From an uncultured Candidatus Saccharibacteria bacterium (GTDB lineage: Bacteria; Patescibacteriota; Minisyncoccia; Minisyncoccales; GWA2-38-27), in NCBI GenBank assembly GCA_964414135.1, contig CAYPVI010000002.1, positions 1 to 36,724 of the forward strand: 36,724 nt of DNA, written 5' to 3'. Every line of letters begins with the position of its first letter. Position 1 is the first letter of the stretch. The notes beneath the pieces were generated by a model. That model made no database searches and had not been told where the DNA came from. It saw only the letters and a list, made by a program, of their open reading frames with translations. The translations under genes were made by a program, and so were the position numbers. Of this stretch, positions 33,198 through 36,724 are shown one piece after another.

Positions 33198-34712
33198 ATG
33201 TGGACAAAAGAAAAAAAAGCGATAATATTTTTATTAATTATTTTAATAATTGCTGCTTTTTTTCGCCTTTGGCAATTAGATTCAATCCCACCGGGGCTTT
33301 ATCCTGATGAAGCAATAAACGGAAACGATGCATTAGATATTCTCCAGCAAGGAAAATTCAAAATATTCTATCCTGAAAACAATGGCCGGGAAGGCCTTTT
33401 CATTTGGCTAATTTCTCTCTCTTTCTTAATTTTTAGACCAAGCATCTGGGCAATAAAAATTGTCCCGGCAATCTTTGGAATCCTCACTGTTCTTGGATTA
33501 TATTTATTAACCAAAGAGTTGTTCAGAATTGAAAATTATAAATTGAAAATTGTAAATTTAAAGAATGAAACTATAGCGCTTACAGCTTCATTCTTTTTAG
33601 CTATTTCTTTCTGGCATATTAATTTTTCCAGAATTGGCTTTCGGGCAATTTTAGTTCCTTTTGTTTTGGTCTTCGGTTTTTATTTCCTATTTAGGGGATT
33701 CCGCCAAAAAAAGATTTTATTTTTTGTAATCTCTGGCATCTTTTTCGGTTTGGGTTTCTATACCTATATTTCCTACAGATTCATTGTTTTATTATTAGCA
33801 ATAGTTTTAATCCGTTTCTGGCTTTCAGAAAAATCAAAAATAAAAAGCAAAAAACGATTTCTATTTTCTACTTTTTATTTTCTACTTTCTATTTTTATAA
33901 CTGCTCTTCCCATAGGAATCTATTTCCTTCTAAATCCCGGCGATTTCTTCGGCCGCGCAGCCGGAGTATCAGTATTCTCTCAGAAAAACCCAATTTATCA
34001 AATCGGGAAATCTTTAATATTAAACCTTGGAATGTTTAATATCTTTGGGGATGAAAATTGGCGTCATAATTTTGCCGGTTCTCCTCAACTTCTCTGGCCT
34101 ATCGGCATATTTTTTCTGATTGGGATTATTATTTCAATCAAAGAACTAATTACTTCTACAAAAATAAAAAATTGGTTATTAATGCCATGGTTTATAATTA
34201 TGCTTTTACCTGGAATTCTAAGTTACGAAGGAATTCCTCATGCTCTCAGAGTTATCGGAGTAATCCCGGCAGTATATATCTTTGCGGGCTTGGGAGCTTT
34301 CTGGTTATTTAAGAAGATAAAGATTTTTTTCAAAACAAAAAATCAAGTTATTGCTCTTTATCTTTGTATATTTATCTTTTTCTTAACCTTTGCTTATGCC
34401 CAGTTTGATAAATATTTTTACCAATGGGCTAAAAAAACTGAAGTAGAAGATGCCTTTTCCAAAAACTATGTCGAAATTGGAAATTATCTAAATTCTCTGC
34501 CGGACGATGTTCAAAAGTATGTGGTTGTAAACCAATCGGGAGTGGCTATCCCCTACCCAGACGGTATTCCAATACCTAGCCAAACCTCAATGTTTATTGA
34601 AAGAGCAAAATTTGGCAAAATTAGGGCTACCTATTTATTGCCAGAAGATTTAGATAAAATTGAAATAGACGAAAAGACAGTAATTATCCCGCTTCATAAC
34701 ATCCAACCGTAA
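33198..34712 (+). CDS. Polytopic membrane glycosyltransferase, GT39/ArnT (PMT-like) family
   Basis: About 12 TM segments, and an N-terminal loop with SIPPGLYPDEAINGNDA (DE motif region) typical of ArnT/PMT-type enzymes. Confidence 0.75.
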   Translation: MWTKEKKAIIFLLIILIIAAFFRLWQLDSIPPGLYPDEAINGNDALDILQQGKFKIFYPENNGREGLFIWLISLSFLIFRPSIWAIKIVPAIFGILTVLGLYLLTKELFRIENYKLKIVNLKNETIALTASFFLAISFWHINFSRIGFRAILVPFVLVFGFYFLFRGFRQKKILFFVISGIFFGLGFYTYISYRFIVLLLAIVLIRFWLSEKSKIKSKKRFLFSTFYFLLSIFITALPIGIYFLLNPGDFFGRAAGVSVFSQKNPIYQIGKSLILNLGMFNIFGDENWRHNFAGSPQLLWPIGIFFLIGIIISIKELITSTKIKNWLLMPWFIIMLLPGILSYEGIPHALRVIGVIPAVYIFAGLGAFWLFKKIKIFFKTKNQVIALYLCIFIFFLTFAYAQFDKYFYQWAKKTEVEDAFSKNYVEIGNYLNSLPDDVQKYVVVNQSGVAIPYPDGIPIPSQTSMFIERAKFGKIRATYLLPEDLDKIEIDEKTVIIPLHNIQP

Positions 34713-34717
34713 TTTTA

Positions 34718-35569
34718 TTATTGCAGATAAGTTTCAGGAAAAATAAAAATTTTGTTAAATCTTAGGTCAATATATTCAATATTCTTCCTTTTTTCAGGAG
34801 GAATTTTTTCTTTTAAAAGGATACTAAGTTCGGCCAATTGCCATTCTAAATCTCTCTCTGGATTAAAATAAATCTCCCAGCCCTCTGAAGTTTTAGCATT
34901 TATTCTTTTTTTAGATATCGTTAAAATTTCTTCAACAGGAATTTTTAAATCATTTTTTAATTTAGAATTAATTTTTAAAATCTTGTCTAATTGCTCTTTT
35001 TCAATAATTTCTTCCCCTAATTTTAAATCTATAATTAATGCGGATTTTTTTATTTTTAATATTTGCGGGTCTATTACAGAAATTTTTTCAAAAATTATTC
35101 CCTCTTTGTCAATAAAAAAGTAATTTTCAATTTCAGAAAAAATCGCAACTGGTTTTCTTTCTTCAATCTGAGCTGATAAACTACCGGGGAATTCTCTATC
35201 TAAATCTATTTTCGCAATCTTGGGAAATTTCTCTAAAAGTATTTCATTCATTTCTTTCAAGTCAGCCAGAAAAATACTTTTTGTATTAAAAAAAATTATC
35301 CTTTTATTAACCTGCTCGGCGATATTGTTTTTAATCTCTTCAACCGATACTTTTTTGTTTCCCGAAATTTTAATTTCTTTTATCTGAAAAAAAGAAGAAA
35401 AGACAACAAAATAAAAAATAGTTCCCGAAACAACTAAAAACAAAAGAAATAATAAAAAAATTTTAGATTTAAAAATCCATAATATGGACTTTTTCTTTTT
35501 TATTCTGTAAGATTTTTTATACCCCAACGACCTATATTTAGGCGTAGGGGCATGCCTATATTTTTTCAT
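34718..35569 (-). CDS. ftsQ: Cell division protein FtsQ/DivIB-like (TM + POTRA)
   Basis: Basic N-terminus, one TM segment, then FQIKEIKISGNKKVSVEEIKN (POTRA start). ATGA overlap with the upstream FemAB-family gene. Confidence 0.7.
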   Translation of the reverse strand: MKKYRHAPTPKYRSLGYKKSYRIKKKKSILWIFKSKIFLLFLLFLVVSGTIFYFVVFSSFFQIKEIKISGNKKVSVEEIKNNIAEQVNKRIIFFNTKSIFLADLKEMNEILLEKFPKIAKIDLDREFPGSLSAQIEERKPVAIFSEIENYFFIDKEGIIFEKISVIDPQILKIKKSALIIDLKLGEEIIEKEQLDKILKINSKLKNDLKIPVEEILTISKKRINAKTSEGWEIYFNPERDLEWQLAELSILLKEKIPPEKRKNIEYIDLRFNKIFIFPETYLQ

Positions 35570-36594
35570 AACCCTCTTTTAATTTTTCTCATTTTTTCAA
35601 AAATAAAAGTTAGGTAATAAATCTTTGAAAGAGGCAAATCCTGAGTTTGGACATAATCCTTTCTATGACCTCCAAAACCCTTCTTAAACAGGCTTAAACC
35701 GGTCCAGGGATGGTTTTTATTATCATCAGGGGTAATACCCCAAAAATTATATCTCTGACATTCTCGGTTTTTAGCTTCTTTTATTGCCTCCCATTGTAAA
35801 AGATATGAAACTGGAATTTTATTATATTTTGATAAAGAGGCTCCATGATGATAAAACCCGATATTTTGCCAATAAACAATAACAGCCGAAGAAACAACTT
35901 CATTCTTGTATTTTCCTAAAAAGATCAAAATCTGATCATCTGGCGAAAAAGAGGAAAATTGATTCTGAATATATTTTAAAGAAAAAGGCACAAACTTATG
36001 GCGTATTGCCGTGGAGCAATAAATTTCATTGAACTTTTTCAAATCCTCAATATTTTGTGTTTTTACAATTTCAATATCTGGGTTTTTTTGCGCTTGTCTG
36101 ATTAAATAACGAGTAGTTTTGCGCATACTCATTAAAAGTTCTTCTTCCGGAGGTCTAATATCTAATTCCCAGGTTACTTCCGGATGAATATGAATCGGCG
36201 CTGGCATAAATTCCAGTTCTCTAAAAAAATCATTGTTTTGTTTGCTTTTTTCCCAAATCGGCGCAATTCTAATAAAATGTGCTTTTTCCTGTTTAGCGAT
36301 TTCTTTCAATTTATTTATTAAGGTTTCTAATATTCCTAATTTTTGAATTTCAATTTTTAATCCTGTTATCGGTCCATGAGGAACAAACAAAAACGTTCCT
36401 CTTTTAGCTTTTACTTTTATAACCAAAGCAACACCAATTAATTCTTCGTTATCATATATTCCCAATCGCCAAATCTTACTACCTTCTCTCTTCTGAAATT
36501 CTCCCCAATTCCAAGAATCTAAAAAAGTTTTCTCTTTACGTTCCGATAAAGAACTCTCCCAAATATTTTTATTATTTAATTCAAGAATATACAT
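35566..36594 (-). CDS. FemAB-family peptidoglycan interpeptide-bridge aminoacyltransferase (FemX/MurM-like)
   Basis: 342 aa. Blocks FLDSWNWGEFQ, FLFVPHGP, TRYLIRQAQK, GFYHHGAS and LLQWEAIKEAKNRECQRYNFWGI are typical of FemAB/lipid II aminoacyl transferases. Confidence 0.8.
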   Translation of the reverse strand: MYILELNNKNIWESSLSERKEKTFLDSWNWGEFQKREGSKIWRLGIYDNEELIGVALVIKVKAKRGTFLFVPHGPITGLKIEIQKLGILETLINKLKEIAKQEKAHFIRIAPIWEKSKQNNDFFRELEFMPAPIHIHPEVTWELDIRPPEEELLMSMRKTTRYLIRQAQKNPDIEIVKTQNIEDLKKFNEIYCSTAIRHKFVPFSLKYIQNQFSSFSPDDQILIFLGKYKNEVVSSAVIVYWQNIGFYHHGASLSKYNKIPVSYLLQWEAIKEAKNRECQRYNFWGITPDDNKNHPWTGLSLFKKGFGGHRKDYVQTQDLPLSKIYYLTFIFEKMRKIKRGL

Positions 36595-36602
36595 AATAAA
36601 TT

Positions 36603-36724
36603 CCTTAGCGAATCAAGGTTCTGCCGAAGGCAGGTTCTTAGTCAATGGCTTGCCCGAAGGGCAAACATACAAGGTTCTGCCGAAGGCAGGTTCTTAGTCA
36701 ATGGCTTGCCCGAAGGGCAAACAT
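36603..36724. repeat. Perfect tandem 56-nt repeat (at least 2 copies, cut by window end), related to the 19449-19576 repeats
   Basis: Unit CAAGGTTCTGCCGAAGGCAGGTTCTTAGTCAATGGCTTGCCCGAAGGGCAAACATA at 36614-36669 and 36670-36724. The leader CCTTAGCGAATCAAGGTTCTGCC matches 19473-19495. Confidence 0.9.

Noticed and set aside
36603-36724. Possible CRISPR array, because of regularly spaced repeats with hairpins. The same question was asked of 19449-19576.
   Set aside because: The units are contiguous and fully identical, including the would-be spacer portion, so there are no unique spacers. There are no cas genes in the window. At 19.45 kb the variable part is only a compensatory hairpin.

Overview
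AT-rich, gene-dense bacterial window that uses the standard genetic code: TGA acts as a stop for mrdA and gltX. An intron-bearing 23S rRNA, compact housekeeping operons and many leaderless-looking gene starts suggest a Candidate Phyla Radiation/Patescibacteria-type small genome; this lineage call is inference only. Order of content: (1) the 3' end of an rrn operon, with a 23S split by an ORF-less group I intron, then 5S. (2) mreC-mreD-mrdA, gltX, a Xer-type recombinase, uppS, an FAD oxidoreductase, rpmA, pyrG, rplI and an S41 protease. (3) A secreted protein with eight 4-Cys repeats. (4) At 15.8-24.3 kb, the standout locus: one stand-alone PEP-synthase/PPDK-type ATP-grasp gene plus four genes carrying five swivelling phosphohistidine (PEP-utilizer) domains. 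Each His domain follows a divergent helical N-domain, and there is no PEP/pyruvate TIM-barrel domain. The array is interrupted by a GC-richer low-molecular-weight phosphatase (LMW-PTP-like) cassette on the opposite strand. It shows a single in-frame TAA split, a 56-nt start-region duplication and near-identical 3' ends. (5) A cluster of six nucleotide (pyro)phosphatase or N-glycosidase-type genes (MazG, Nudix, NDT-like, Maf, His-phosphatase, CYTH), with plsC and two tRNAs. (6) grpE-dnaK-dnaJ, where DnaJ carries HPH in place of the HPD motif, then a GT39 membrane glycosyltransferase, ftsQ and a FemAB-family gene. (7) A family of structured ~56-60-nt tandem repeats at 19.45 kb and at the window end. 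All calls come from reading the sequence and the supplied translations. No database search was run, so family names are motif-based and boundaries of RNA and regulatory features are approximate.
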